A DNA stretch of 64,000 nt from Chryseobacterium sp. (GCF_029240215.1 NZ_JARBTK010000005.1:19813-83812); one strand, 5' to 3'. Counted from the first letter of the stretch, positions 44,872-56,104 are shown. Notes: generated by a model not told the origin, from the letters alone. Numbers and translations are program-made.

Positions 44872-47141
44872 TAATTGACAACGGCTATTTTTGCAGTTGC
44901 TTTATCGCTTGCATCTTCATTCGTCATCAGCACAAAATAAATTCCTGATGCCACTCTTTTTCCTTTTTGATTATTAAGATCCCATTCGTAATATCCTGTT
45001 CTCGCAACGGCAGAATGCACAATGTTTCCTGCAGCATCTGTGATTCTGATATTGGTTTTCTCTGCCAGTCCTTTGATGGTCACTTTACCTTTAAACTGAG
45101 CATAAACTACAGGATTCGGGTACACTAAAACATTCCCGAAATTGGAAGTCACATCTGCAACATCACCTTGATAAGTTACAATTCCGTCGTAGGTAACGAA
45201 GTAAACTTTTCCTGTTTTTTTATCAACTTTAATATCTGTAACCGTATTTGTAGGAAGTGGTGAATTTTCTTTTGTAAACCTTTTAATAACCTGCTCACCG
45301 GAAGCTGAAAGATAATAAACTCCACCACCATCGATGGAAACCCATTTTTGATTTCCGGCATCAACTTCTATCTGTAAAACCTGAGAATCTCTGAATAATT
45401 CTTCTGCAAGACCTCCTTGTTCAATCACAATTGGCTCCATTTGAGGATTATTGTCAACTTCTGCAGCAGCGTTGGGAAGAATTCTTAGCCCAACATCAGT
45501 CCCTATCCAAGCATCATTTGATTTGTCAAAAGCGACAGATAAACTTCCTGTAGCAGAACCTGGTAAACCATTACTTTCGGCTAAAACGGTGAAGGTATCG
45601 TCGTTAATACTCTGTGTTTTTTTTGTGTCATACACTAAAAAATTATTGGATCTTGGAAGCGGAGTCCAGAATTTATTTTCGTGATAAACCGGCTGCTGTA
45701 CACCATTACTAATGATACCTACTGCATATTTTATTAAAAAATTATCCGCTGCTCTGTCATAATAAGCAAAACCCGGAGTTGCTGCGTTGCTTCCAGCAAA
45801 TGCCAGACTCGCAAACATATTGTTTTGATCATCGTACGCAAAGCCTACTGCCCTGTTAACAAAAGGATGAGGAGCGTCTAATTCGTATCTTTTAATAAAT
45901 TCAAAATCTTTAGAACCTGCATTGTATTTCATTTTATAAATACCATACCCCGGAGCAGTATTGTAGTTTGTAAAGTAAACTTCAGAAAAATTATTAGGGT
46001 CTGCAATAGCATCCAAAACATTAAATGCTGTAGAACTGCCTACAAAATAAGAAGGATAAACCCACTCTGTACCGGTAAAATAATAAAATCCCGGATTTTT
46101 TGCATTATTGAAACCCTCGTTGAAATTATTGATTCTTGAGCCGGTAGAAACCAAAAGCTGATTTTCATTGAAAATTCTTATTTTGTATGCAAAATTTAAA
46201 TATGGTCCATCTGGTTTATAAGCAATATTGTCTTCACTTTTTAAACCGGATAAAATTGTTCCTAAATAAATTTTTGAACCTACTTTTGTTGCGGTATTGC
46301 ATGCTTCTCCTACTGTGACAGAACCTGCAAAAGTTCCGTTGGTATTGTAACTGTAAATTCTGCTCGCATCTGTGATGACGATATTGTCTGCATTGACAAC
46401 AACATCATTTACACTACCAAAAATTTGTGATAAAGGTGTAGAAACTCCATTGTTGTAGATGTATGTCGTTGTTGGTGAAGAAAAGGACACTACATTTTCA
46501 GAGTCGATTTGGGTGAAATTCCCTGCCAACTCAGTAGTCCATGTAGAGAATACAGGAAATGTTGTATTGAGCTCATGAGTTTTTAAACCTGTATTGGTCA
46601 CCGAAAAAACTTTGTTGTCTTTTATCGTCGCCTCATTACTTGCCTGATAAACTCCGCCTGACACAAAAAATGCAGAGTCACCGAATTCTTTCTTTTTTAA
46701 ATCAAAAATAGAAACACCATAACCTACAGAAACAACAGCTCTGTCTCCGCTTATTGAGATATGATTAATCTTTTTGCTTCCATTGTAGCCTGTTGCGATA
46801 GGGATATCGACAACATAAGTAACTCCTTGTGGAGTAATAACATCTAAAGCTCCGTTTTGATAGCCAACTAAGCCGATTTTTGTCTGAGGATTGTAGTCAA
46901 AAGCGGAAATTTTGACTTCGTGAAGTCCGTTTGCTTTTGAGAGTTTTGTAATTTCTCCTGTTGAAACAGTATAATAAAAAATTCCGTTTTCTGTAGCAGC
47001 TACGATTTTTCCATTATCTTCTTTTACTGCAAGAACATTGTTGTACGAAAATAAATCTGCCCATTTTTTTGAAGAAATATTCTGCGCACTTACAAGCTGC
47101 AAGGATGCTAAAATACCAAGAGAAATTAAAATTTTTTTCAT
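44871..47141 (-). CDS. porZ: T9SS anchoring beta-propeller protein PorZ
   Basis: Signal peptide, propeller repeats, C-terminal CTD (VYPNPV...ASGIYFV). Confidence 0.85.
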   Translation of the reverse strand: MKKILISLGILASLQLVSAQNISSKKWADLFSYNNVLAVKEDNGKIVAATENGIFYYTVSTGEITKLSKANGLHEVKISAFDYNPQTKIGLVGYQNGALDVITPQGVTYVVDIPIATGYNGSKKINHISISGDRAVVSVGYGVSIFDLKKKEFGDSAFFVSGGVYQASNEATIKDNKVFSVTNTGLKTHELNTTFPVFSTWTTELAGNFTQIDSENVVSFSSPTTTYIYNNGVSTPLSQIFGSVNDVVVNADNIVITDASRIYSYNTNGTFAGSVTVGEACNTATKVGSKIYLGTILSGLKSEDNIAYKPDGPYLNFAYKIRIFNENQLLVSTGSRINNFNEGFNNAKNPGFYYFTGTEWVYPSYFVGSSTAFNVLDAIADPNNFSEVYFTNYNTAPGYGIYKMKYNAGSKDFEFIKRYELDAPHPFVNRAVGFAYDDQNNMFASLAFAGSNAATPGFAYYDRAADNFLIKYAVGIISNGVQQPVYHENKFWTPLPRSNNFLVYDTKKTQSINDDTFTVLAESNGLPGSATGSLSVAFDKSNDAWIGTDVGLRILPNAAAEVDNNPQMEPIVIEQGGLAEELFRDSQVLQIEVDAGNQKWVSIDGGGVYYLSASGEQVIKRFTKENSPLPTNTVTDIKVDKKTGKVYFVTYDGIVTYQGDVADVTSNFGNVLVYPNPVVYAQFKGKVTIKGLAEKTNIRITDAAGNIVHSAVARTGYYEWDLNNQKGKRVASGIYFVLMTNEDASDKATAKIAVVN

Positions 47142-47142
47142 A

Positions 47143-48093
47143 TTATGCTATTATACTGCTGTCAATTACCTGATTATTCCAGGAGATATTTTGTACATTT
47201 TTATTAGAATCAAAAAAGAAGTCTATTCTTCCCAAAAGAAGACCTGCCCAGCCAACCTGGTTGACCAAAACATTTTTTCCCTCTCTGTTTTTATAAGTTT
47301 CAGGTGCCGGTAAAAATGTGTGGGTATGGCCGCCTAAAATTAAGTCAATATTTTCTGTTTTCGAAGCTAAAATTTTATCACTTATTTTTTCAGGCTCGTC
47401 TGTGTAATCATAGCCAATGTGAGAAAGACAAATGACAAGGTCGCATTTCTGTTCGTTTTTCAGGAAATTTGAGTAATGTTGAGCAACATCAATCGGATCT
47501 GTCCAGATAGTTTCACCGTATTGCTTTTTACCTACAAGTCCTTCCAGTTTAATTCCTACACCAAAAACCCCGACCTTGATTCCATTTTTATTGAAAATTT
47601 TATACTGCGAAGTTTTTCCGTCTAAAATAGTATTTTTAAAATCATAATTCGAACAGATAAAAGGAAATTTAGCATTTGGTAAAGCTTTCAAAAATCCATT
47701 TAAACCATTGTCGAAATCATGATTTCCCATTGTGGAAGCGTCGTATTTCATCATCGACATCAGTTTGAATTCCAGTTCGCCTCCAAAAAAATTAAAATAA
47801 GGAGTTCCCTGAAAAATATCACCGGAATCCAACAACAAAAGATTGTTTTCTTCGCCTCTGATTTTCTGGATCAAACTTGCTCTTCTCGCAAAACCTCCCT
47901 GATTGGGATTTCTGGTGTAGCTTTCATCAAAAGGTTCGATTCTGCTGTGTTGATCGTTAGTGTGAAGAATGGTCAATTTATTGGCAGATTTAATAGAATT
48001 TAAATTCAATTCTTCTGCCATCATCAGATTCGGAGCCAAAGTCATTGCTAAAGTTCCGCCTGTTATTGTTCTTAAAAAGCCTTTTCTATCCAT
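47143..48093 (-). CDS. 5'-nucleotidase, metallophosphatase domain (Tat-like signal)
   Basis: HTNDQH, DSGD, GNHDFD, SHIG, GGHTH. Confidence 0.9.
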   Translation of the reverse strand: MDRKGFLRTITGGTLAMTLAPNLMMAEELNLNSIKSANKLTILHTNDQHSRIEPFDESYTRNPNQGGFARRASLIQKIRGEENNLLLLDSGDIFQGTPYFNFFGGELEFKLMSMMKYDASTMGNHDFDNGLNGFLKALPNAKFPFICSNYDFKNTILDGKTSQYKIFNKNGIKVGVFGVGIKLEGLVGKKQYGETIWTDPIDVAQHYSNFLKNEQKCDLVICLSHIGYDYTDEPEKISDKILASKTENIDLILGGHTHTFLPAPETYKNREGKNVLVNQVGWAGLLLGRIDFFFDSNKNVQNISWNNQVIDSSIIA

Positions 48094-48848
48094 TACTTCT
48101 TCCCGATAAAATTTAAACGAATATCTTCTTTTGGATTGATCTGCTGATTTTTTTTAAAATACTCAATAAATAAATCTCTTAATTTAATTCCTGTCGAAAT
48201 ATATTCTCCTTTGCTGAAAAACTTCATATTGTCACCACCCAAAGCCAAATAATCAGATGTTGCAATGTAATAATCCTGCGAAGGATTTACTGGTTGTCCG
48301 TTGATTAAAGTTTTGGATAACTGTCCGTTATTTGTTTCAATGTATAAATGAGAAACAGGATTATTGACTTGGTTTTTTGCGTAATAATCAAAAAGTCCCT
48401 GCAAATCTGTTCCTTTCATTTTCACAATAATGACTTCATTTTCGAAAGGCATTACTTCAAAAACGTTTTTTAAAAGTATATCACCTTTTCCGATTGTTGT
48501 TCGGATTCCGCCAATATTGATCAAAGCAGCATCTATATTATTTTTAAGATTGGTTTTTGCCCATTGATCAGCTCCATCAAACGTGTAATCTGCTAAAAGG
48601 TTTCCCAAATTGCTGTTATCCCCCTGTTTTGTAAGATCTACATTGGTGTGAGAGATTTTCTGATTCATCTCTTTATCCAATTTTTCTTTGTAGGGATTGA
48701 TCACTTTTACAAATTTCTCATCATTTTTCAGCTCGTTATTAATAGAAATATTCTTTTGAGTCTGCACATTGGCAACCTGCAACGAAGTCGTTTTGCAGGC
48801 AGTGAGCAAGATCAAAGCAATTCCTAATAATAAGAATCTATTTTTCAT
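48093..48848 (-). CDS. 5'-nucleotidase C-terminal domain lipoprotein
   Basis: Lipobox LTAC, N.GGIR, PFEN, DYLA.GGD. Confidence 0.88.
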   Translation of the reverse strand: MKNRFLLLGIALILLTACKTTSLQVANVQTQKNISINNELKNDEKFVKVINPYKEKLDKEMNQKISHTNVDLTKQGDNSNLGNLLADYTFDGADQWAKTNLKNNIDAALINIGGIRTTIGKGDILLKNVFEVMPFENEVIIVKMKGTDLQGLFDYYAKNQVNNPVSHLYIETNNGQLSKTLINGQPVNPSQDYYIATSDYLALGGDNMKFFSKGEYISTGIKLRDLFIEYFKKNQQINPKEDIRLNFIGKK

Positions 48849-49018
48849 ATGTTGTAATCATTTAATTTAAAGATCATACAGAATCACTTTCAGTAGTCGA
48901 TGCGATTTCATAATTTCTTTTAGTATATGCAAATATAATTATATGTATAATAAAACATTATTAATTATGATAAATTCTTGGTCTAATTTATTAAATTTGG
49001 AAAAAATATTTCTAACAG

Positions 49019-49891
49019 ATGAGCATTTTAAAAGGAGTAGGTGTTGCTTTGGTAACGCCCTTTAATGAAGATTTATCCGTAGATTTCGAAAGTTTGACAA
49101 AACTTGTTGAGTACAACATCGAAAACGGAACCAACTATTTGGTGGTATTGGGAACTACAGCGGAAGCTGCTACACTTTCTTCTGAAGAGAAGAAACAGGT
49201 AGTTGAGCACATCATTAAGGTAAATAATAAACGTCTTCCATTAGTTTTAGGAATTGGCGGAAACAATACTCTTGAAGTCAAACAGCAGATCGAAGAAACA
49301 GATTTGTCTGATTTTGAAGCAGTTTTATCTGTATCTCCATATTACAACAAACCAAATCAGGAGGGGCTTTACCAACATTATAAAGCTTTGGCTTCTACTG
49401 GGAAAAATATCATCATTTACAACGTTCCATCTAGAACCGGACAAAATGTTGAGGCAGAAACGACTTTACGTTTGGCAAATGAATTCCCAAATTTATTCTT
49501 GATTAAAGAAGCTGCTCCAAATATTCTTCAGTATTTTGATATTTTAAGAAAAAAACCTGAAGGATTTAATTTAGTTTCGGGAGATGATGAATTTACGCTT
49601 CCTGTAACTTTAGCTGGTGGAAACGGAGTAATTTCTGTTATAGGACAAGGTTATCCGAAAGAATTTTCGACCATGGTTCAATTGGCTTTTGATAAAAAAG
49701 TAGACGAAGCTTACGAGATTCACAATAAATTGGTAGAAATCACAAGACTGATTTTTGCAGAAGGAAATCCTTGCGGAATTAAAGTGATTTTAGCAGAAAA
49801 AGGATTGATTAAAAATTATTTAAGACTTCCATTAGTTCCTGCTTCAGAAGGACTTTATGCTAAGATCAAAGCTGAAATGGCAAAAATTTAA
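49019..49891 (+). CDS. dapA: 4-hydroxy-tetrahydrodipicolinate synthase
   Basis: GTTAE, PYYNKP, YNVPSRT, IKEA, SGDD. Confidence 0.95.
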   Translation: MSILKGVGVALVTPFNEDLSVDFESLTKLVEYNIENGTNYLVVLGTTAEAATLSSEEKKQVVEHIIKVNNKRLPLVLGIGGNNTLEVKQQIEETDLSDFEAVLSVSPYYNKPNQEGLYQHYKALASTGKNIIIYNVPSRTGQNVEAETTLRLANEFPNLFLIKEAAPNILQYFDILRKKPEGFNLVSGDDEFTLPVTLAGGNGVISVIGQGYPKEFSTMVQLAFDKKVDEAYEIHNKLVEITRLIFAEGNPCGIKVILAEKGLIKNYLRLPLVPASEGLYAKIKAEMAKI

Positions 49892-49930
49892 AAGAAAATA
49901 ATTTTAATAGCATAATTAATTAAAATTCAG

Positions 49931-49986
49931 TTTGTCATGCTGGAAGCATCTTTGTAAAGCTATTTAGATTCCTACGGAATGACAAA
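49931..49986. repeat. TTTGTCAT-family element, partly deleted
   Basis: TTTGTCAT...AGATTCCTACGGAATGACAAA. Confidence 0.65.
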
Positions 49987-50170
49987 CTTTGTATTTAATT
50001 ATAATATAAAAATGTGAAATTAAAGTGGAAGGTTTATGCTTTCCACTTTTTTAATAATATCACTAGATAAATCTTGTGAACTTTGCTGAGAAAGCTCTTG
50101 AGATTTAGTAGTCAAAAAAATTTACGCTCTCGTATTAAAAATTTAATCTAAAGTTAAAGCATCAAATATT

Positions 50171-50671
50171 ATGAAACTAATTAAAGCAACAGAAAAAGAT
50201 ATTCCTTTAATTCAGGATTTAGCAAAAAGATCCTGGGAAAATGCCTACGCAGAAATACTTTCCAAAGAACAGATGAAATATATGCTTGAAACAATGTATT
50301 CCGAAGCTGAAATTTCAGAGCATCTTAAAAACTCTAATTATCATTATTTTTTGGTTTTTGATGAGGTTTTAAATTCATTTGATGGATTTTTAGGCTACGA
50401 AAATCATTATGAAAACCAAACAACAAAACTTCACCGAATTTATTTAGTGCCTGAAAGTAAAGGAAAAGGTTTAGGTAAAAAAACTTTGGAATTTTTGAAT
50501 GAAGAAGTCAAAAATAGCGGAGATAACAGAATTATTTTAAATGTAAATAAATACAATTCTGCAAAAAGTTTTTATGAATCTCAAGGTTATCAGATTTACG
50601 ATGAAGGAGTTTTTGATATAGGAAATGGATATGTGATGGATGATTATTTGATGGAGATTCTCATAAAATAA
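50171..50671 (+). CDS. GNAT acetyltransferase
   Basis: IYLVPESKGKGLGK, LNVNKYN.A..FY...G. Confidence 0.88.
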   Translation: MKLIKATEKDIPLIQDLAKRSWENAYAEILSKEQMKYMLETMYSEAEISEHLKNSNYHYFLVFDEVLNSFDGFLGYENHYENQTTKLHRIYLVPESKGKGLGKKTLEFLNEEVKNSGDNRIILNVNKYNSAKSFYESQGYQIYDEGVFDIGNGYVMDDYLMEILIK

Positions 50672-50681
50672 AAAATCTGTT

Positions 50682-51344
50682 ATGAAACATTTATTATTAG
50701 TTATAGCAATCTTGGTCTGCAATAATTGTTTTTCGCAAAATGATTTGGAACTTAAAATAATTAATGACACGATTAAGAAAGTTTCAGGATTTGACGACAA
50801 TAACATTTTTTATGCTCTAAAAAATAATTCTGATAAGACTTATTTAATAATTTTAGATAATAATGAATTCAATGAAGACGGGGAGTATTATGTAGAGCCA
50901 CAGTTTGTTGGATTTCCTGATTATTATATTTTTGAAAAGAAAACCTTACTACCTGTTCAGTACGCATTTCATAATGGTGAAAACAAATTTGAAGTTGATA
51001 AAAACAGCAGTGATTTTAAAAATTTCAGGCGCTCATATTCTAAATTTTTTAGCCGGCAAGATTTGCAAATTGCGTTTCGAATCAGTAAAAAGATTGTAAA
51101 ACTAAAACCACTAGAGGAAAAGTACTCTTCAACGAAAGTAAATTTTCCAGCCTATAAAAGAAGGTTTATTGATTTGAAAAACAAATCTGAATATTATTTC
51201 CAAATGAGCCTGCAGATACCAAAGTGTATTGTTGATAAATATTATCAACCTATTAGAGCTAAAAATAATAAAGATTCTATTTTTGTGGGACAGATATTTT
51301 CAAATAAAATTCCTTTAATTTATAAGGTTTACAATGATAAATAA
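50682..51344 (+). CDS. Exported hypothetical protein
   Basis: Signal peptide; 220 aa. Confidence 0.65.
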   Translation: MKHLLLVIAILVCNNCFSQNDLELKIINDTIKKVSGFDDNNIFYALKNNSDKTYLIILDNNEFNEDGEYYVEPQFVGFPDYYIFEKKTLLPVQYAFHNGENKFEVDKNSSDFKNFRRSYSKFFSRQDLQIAFRISKKIVKLKPLEEKYSSTKVNFPAYKRRFIDLKNKSEYYFQMSLQIPKCIVDKYYQPIRAKNNKDSIFVGQIFSNKIPLIYKVYNDK

Positions 51345-51353
51345 CTGCAGTTT

Positions 51354-51845
51354 TTACTTTTTATTTAAGTTTTCTAAATATCTTTTTTTACAGGAATCAA
51401 ATTTCCAATAATTACCAGTATTTAATTTGGTTTCATTAAATTTAGTCCAAGACTTGCCTTCTCCAATATATTTTTTATCCTCAAAACCTATATAATTTTC
51501 ATAAATATCAAAACCAACTTCTGAATAGTGAATAATTAAAAAATTGGAAATTTGAAGTTTTTCAATAATCTCCAAAATATATAAATCTTCGAAAGTATTT
51601 AATCGGTTACAGATATCTTCGAAATATCCACTTTCCAAATCATCTGAATAAAATTCTTTAAAAAACGCTTCAAAAATTTTATCAAAAGAACTCTCTTCAA
51701 GGCAAATGTCTTCAATCATTTTTGCTTCCCATCCATCATCATCGGTCGGGATAATTAAAAAATTCTCTTCATAGAAGTGAGGAACATCAATTAGAAGTGT
51801 ATTTATTTCATCTTTAGTGATGATTAGTGTAATTCTATGTGCCAT
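51354..51845 (-). CDS. Acidic hypothetical protein (likely start MAHRITL)
   Basis: The ORF-track extension overlaps recG, so trimmed to the ATG at 51845. Confidence 0.55.
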   Translation of the reverse strand: MAHRITLIITKDEINTLLIDVPHFYEENFLIIPTDDDGWEAKMIEDICLEESSFDKIFEAFFKEFYSDDLESGYFEDICNRLNTFEDLYILEIIEKLQISNFLIIHYSEVGFDIYENYIGFEDKKYIGEGKSWTKFNETKLNTGNYWKFDSCKKRYLENLNKK

Positions 51846-51864
51846 TGTTGTTATGAAATTAAAT

Positions 51865-53949
51865 TTACGAAATCTTACTCCACTTATTTTTCCCTTTATA
51901 ATACTGTAGATAATAATTTTTAATAATCTGATGATCAGGTCTTGAAAGCAAAGGATCGGCTTCAAGAATCTTCTCCACCATATTTTTGGTGTTTTTAATG
52001 ATTGCCGAATCATTGACCAAATCAAGTCTTTTGAAATCTACAACACCACTTTGCTGAGTTCCCAGAATATCTCCCGGACCACGCAATTGCATATCAACTT
52101 CAGAAATTTTAAAACCGTCATTGGTTTCGGTCATGGTTTTGATTCTCGTTCGGCTTTCCGTCGATAATTTATCGGATGTCATCAGAATACAGTAACTCTG
52201 TTCTGCACCTCTTCCGACACGACCTCGCAACTGATGAAGCTGTGATAAACCGAATCTTTCTGCACTTTCAATCACCATTACAGAAGCATTCGGAACGTTG
52301 ACACCGACTTCAATTACAGTTGTTGCAACCATAATTTCTGCTTTTCCGGATGCGAAATAATTCATGGCGATGTCTTTTTCATCAGGTTTCATTCGCCCGT
52401 GAAGCATTGCAACGTTGTAATCTGAAAAAGATTGCATGACATGCTCTAAACCTTCCATTAAATTTTTATAATCCAACGTTTCAGATTCTTCGATTAACGG
52501 ATAAACAAAATAAATTTGCCGACCTTTTCTGATCTCATCACGACAGAAATTATAGACATAAGTTCTGTCTTTTTCTCTGCGGTGAGCCGTTATGATCGGT
52601 TTTCTTCCGACAGGCATTTCGTCAATTACAGAAACATCAAGATCAGAGTAAAAACTCATCGCCAAAGTTCGCGGAATCGGTGTTGCAGTCATTACCAAAA
52701 TGTGTGGTGGAATTTTATTTTTTGCCCAAAGTTTTGCTCTTTGCGCAACTCCAAATCGGTGTTGTTCGTCGATGATTGCTAATCCGAGATTTTTAAATTT
52801 AACTTTATCTTCCAAAACAGCATGAGTTCCTACCAAAATCGAAAGTTCACCGTTTTTTAACTCTTCGTGAATGACTTTTCGGGCAGAAGCTTTTACGGAA
52901 CCTGTCAGAATATTTACTTTGATTTCTGTGTCTTTGAGTAAGTCTTTGATTCCGTTGTAATGTTGTTGGGCAAGAATTTCTGTCGGAGCCATTAAGCAAC
53001 TTTGAAAACCGTTGTCGAGCGCAATTAACATCGTCAGTAGAGCAACCATTGTTTTCCCTGAACCGACATCACCCTGTAAAAGTCGATTCATCTGAATAGG
53101 CTTTTTCATATCAAGACGGATTTCTTTTAAAACCCTTTTTTGTGCATTGGTCAATTCAAAAGGAAGATGATTTTCATAAAAATCTGTAAAATAATCTCCG
53201 ACAATAGGAAACGGATTTCCATGTGATTTTGTTTTATGATGAGCCTTTTTTAAACCAAAACCTAGCTGGAAAAAGAAAGATTCTTCAAATTTTAATCTGA
53301 AATCAGCTTTCTCGAAATGTTCTAAGTTTTCTGGAAAATGAATATTCAGATAAGTTTGTTGTCTCGATAAAAATTTCATCGATTTTATCATGTATTCCGG
53401 AAGATTTTCCTGAATTAAATTAGGAATTTCTTTGCAGATATTTCGCAGAATTACCTGAAAGAATTTCTGATTCAAACCTCTTTTCGTCAGTTTTTCCGAA
53501 CTTGGATAAATGGGCCTTAAACGATTGTCTTTTTCTTTGTTTTCATCCAGTTCAATTTCAGGATGCGGCATCGAAAACTGATTATTGAAAGCATTGATCT
53601 TGCCAAAAATGAACACTTCACGATTCACCGGAAGCTGTTCTTTCAGCCATTTTGAGTATTGAAACCAAACCAAATCCATACTTCCTGTGTCATCATTGAA
53701 TTTGGCAGTCAGTCTTTTTATTTTCCCATTATGAATTTCCTGAACGTTGGAGATTTTGCCTTTCAATTGAATTTCAAGATTGCTTTCCTGAAGATTTCCG
53801 ATCTTATACAGTTTGTTTTTATCAATATATCGGATAGGATAGAAGTGCAGAAGATCTTCCACGGTAGAAATTCCCAACACATTTTTGATGAGTTTGGCTC
53901 GTTCAGGACCGATTCCTTTGATGTATTCTATGGAAGTTTCTAAAGTCAA
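51865..53949 (-). CDS. recG: ATP-dependent DNA helicase RecG (likely TTG start 53949)
   Basis: QGDVGSGKT, DEQH, TATPIPRT, QLRGRVGRG. Confidence 0.95.
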   Translation of the reverse strand: MTLETSIEYIKGIGPERAKLIKNVLGISTVEDLLHFYPIRYIDKNKLYKIGNLQESNLEIQLKGKISNVQEIHNGKIKRLTAKFNDDTGSMDLVWFQYSKWLKEQLPVNREVFIFGKINAFNNQFSMPHPEIELDENKEKDNRLRPIYPSSEKLTKRGLNQKFFQVILRNICKEIPNLIQENLPEYMIKSMKFLSRQQTYLNIHFPENLEHFEKADFRLKFEESFFFQLGFGLKKAHHKTKSHGNPFPIVGDYFTDFYENHLPFELTNAQKRVLKEIRLDMKKPIQMNRLLQGDVGSGKTMVALLTMLIALDNGFQSCLMAPTEILAQQHYNGIKDLLKDTEIKVNILTGSVKASARKVIHEELKNGELSILVGTHAVLEDKVKFKNLGLAIIDEQHRFGVAQRAKLWAKNKIPPHILVMTATPIPRTLAMSFYSDLDVSVIDEMPVGRKPIITAHRREKDRTYVYNFCRDEIRKGRQIYFVYPLIEESETLDYKNLMEGLEHVMQSFSDYNVAMLHGRMKPDEKDIAMNYFASGKAEIMVATTVIEVGVNVPNASVMVIESAERFGLSQLHQLRGRVGRGAEQSYCILMTSDKLSTESRTRIKTMTETNDGFKISEVDMQLRGPGDILGTQQSGVVDFKRLDLVNDSAIIKNTKNMVEKILEADPLLSRPDHQIIKNYYLQYYKGKNKWSKIS

Positions 53950-54062
53950 TGGGGTAGAAAGCCACGAATTTCGGGAAAATTTAGAAATAAAAAAAGCTTT
54001 CAAATCTGAAAGCTTTAGTTGTAATTTATTTATTCTCGCTGATTACTAAGATTTCAAAGAAG

Positions 54063-54596
54063 CTACTCTTTGATGTTTGATTTAAATTTTTTCTGAAAAT
54101 CTTCCCATTCCTGTCTTGTTTTAATTTTTTTAAACAGGTCATCTGAAATCAAAGTAAGGTATGGTTCGAGTTCTTTTGCAGACAATTCACCCTGTAAAAT
54201 AGTAATCGGAGCTCCGTTTTCGTCTAAAAATACGGTACTTGGAACAGCTCCTACATTCATAAACTGTGTAAATTCATGCAATGAGTTTCTTCCTTTTTTA
54301 TGTGCGGTATTTTCATTTGAAAATTTTCTTCCAAAAATTTCGATCTGCTTTTTTTCTTCTGCATTAAATTTTACAGGATAATAATTTTCATTTAAAAACT
54401 CTGAAATAATGGGATGTCCGTAGGTTTTTTTATCCATAATTTTGCACGGTCCACACCAATCTGCATAAAAATCAATCAGGATTTTTTTTGGTTGAACTTT
54501 CTGTGCGTTTAGGGCTTCTTCGATCGTCATCCATTTTACCTGAGCAAAATTTAAACTTATAAAAAAAAGGAACAGTATGGTGGAAATCTTTTTCAT
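54063..54596 (-). CDS. Thioredoxin-fold protein
   Basis: Signal peptide; WCGPC. Confidence 0.85.
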   Translation of the reverse strand: MKKISTILFLFFISLNFAQVKWMTIEEALNAQKVQPKKILIDFYADWCGPCKIMDKKTYGHPIISEFLNENYYPVKFNAEEKKQIEIFGRKFSNENTAHKKGRNSLHEFTQFMNVGAVPSTVFLDENGAPITILQGELSAKELEPYLTLISDDLFKKIKTRQEWEDFQKKFKSNIKE

Positions 54597-54625
54597 GATT
54601 TAATGTTTGTACAGGTTACTGATGT

Positions 54626-56104
54626 TTATTTTACTTCCTGCATCAGTTTTTTGACTAATGGAGATATCAAAATCAGTACCACTCCGGCAATTAATGCATA
54701 AATAGCAAGTTGATAGTAACCGTCTGTATATGATTGTAATTTAGATACTAAATCATTTCCTGTATTTGATTTTGAAATTTCTGCACCCAGTTTTCCTGCT
54801 GCCAATTGTCCAAATGCACTTGCCAGAAACCAAAGTCCCATCATCATTCCGAATAATCTTTTTGGAGATAATTTGGTGATGATTGACATTCCGATTGGTC
54901 CCAGACAAAGTTCACCAATTGTAGTGATAAAATATGCGAATGCAAAAACATTTAAAGAGGTAATACCTTTTACATTGGCAAAAAATTTAGTATAATAAAA
55001 AATATAAAATGAAGCTGAAAGGAATAAAAACCCGATTCCGAACTTGATAAGTGTGTTGGGTTCTAGTTTTTTCTTTGCCAGCCAAAGCCAAAGCAAGCCG
55101 ATAATTGGACTTAAAATAATAACAAAAAGCGTATTTGAACTGTTGTTGACAACATTTGGATCTATATTAAATCCTAATAAATTGTGATCTAAATTGTCTT
55201 TCGCAAATAAAGACAAAGAACCACCACTTTGCTCATAAATTGCATTAAATAAAAAATAGAAAAAGATAAATGCAAATGCGGCAATCAGTTTTTTCTTGTG
55301 GCTAACCTGCTCTAATTTTAATAATTCAAAAATAAAGTATCCGACAGCGATTATTCCTATAGTATACATGAAATAATCTGTATAGTCAGTATTTTTAACC
55401 ATTATAAAAATCAATGGAATGCTTAAAATTGATAAGGCATAAACTGCAATTTCTCTGATTCTTCTTTTACCAGAATCCATTTTCATTAACGGGGAATTAC
55501 CAATCGGTCCTAAGTTTTTCTTAGTAAAAAGAAAAGTAAGCAAACCGATAATCATCACTACTGCTGCGGCAAGAAAACATAAAGTCCATGAATGGTATTT
55601 TCCTAAATAGATGCACAAAGCACCTCCTAAAAGTCCGCCAATATTGATTCCTGCGTAGAACATACCGTAGCCGGCATCTCTTCTCGGATCTTTTTCGTCG
55701 TAGAGCTCTCCAACCATCGATGATACATTTGGTTTGAAAAATCCCGTTCCAATAATAGAAAATGCAATACCATAATAGAACATTTCTTGTGGAGCTAAAG
55801 CGATCAATAAATTCCCAAGAATCATGACGATACCACCGAAAAATAATGATTTTTTAAAACCTAAAATTTTATCAGCAAAAATTCCGCCTATAAAAGTGAA
55901 AGCATATACAAAAGCCTGAATGGCACCATATTGAAGATTGGCAACGTCATCTTTCAGCAAAAGCTGATCTACCATGAAAAATGTCAGAACTCCTCTCATT
56001 CCGTAAAAACAGAAACGTTCCCACATTTCTACGGTAAAAAGTGTCCATAATTGTTTTGGATATTTTCCTTTAAAATTTTGTATTTCTTCTAATGTTAAGC
56101 TCAT
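54626..56104 (-). CDS. POT/PTR peptide transporter 1
   Basis: EMWERFCFYG (ExxER), GFFKPN, GELCLGP. Confidence 0.92.
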   Translation of the reverse strand: MSLTLEEIQNFKGKYPKQLWTLFTVEMWERFCFYGMRGVLTFFMVDQLLLKDDVANLQYGAIQAFVYAFTFIGGIFADKILGFKKSLFFGGIVMILGNLLIALAPQEMFYYGIAFSIIGTGFFKPNVSSMVGELYDEKDPRRDAGYGMFYAGINIGGLLGGALCIYLGKYHSWTLCFLAAAVVMIIGLLTFLFTKKNLGPIGNSPLMKMDSGKRRIREIAVYALSILSIPLIFIMVKNTDYTDYFMYTIGIIAVGYFIFELLKLEQVSHKKKLIAAFAFIFFYFLFNAIYEQSGGSLSLFAKDNLDHNLLGFNIDPNVVNNSSNTLFVIILSPIIGLLWLWLAKKKLEPNTLIKFGIGFLFLSASFYIFYYTKFFANVKGITSLNVFAFAYFITTIGELCLGPIGMSIITKLSPKRLFGMMMGLWFLASAFGQLAAGKLGAEISKSNTGNDLVSKLQSYTDGYYQLAIYALIAGVVLILISPLVKKLMQEVK

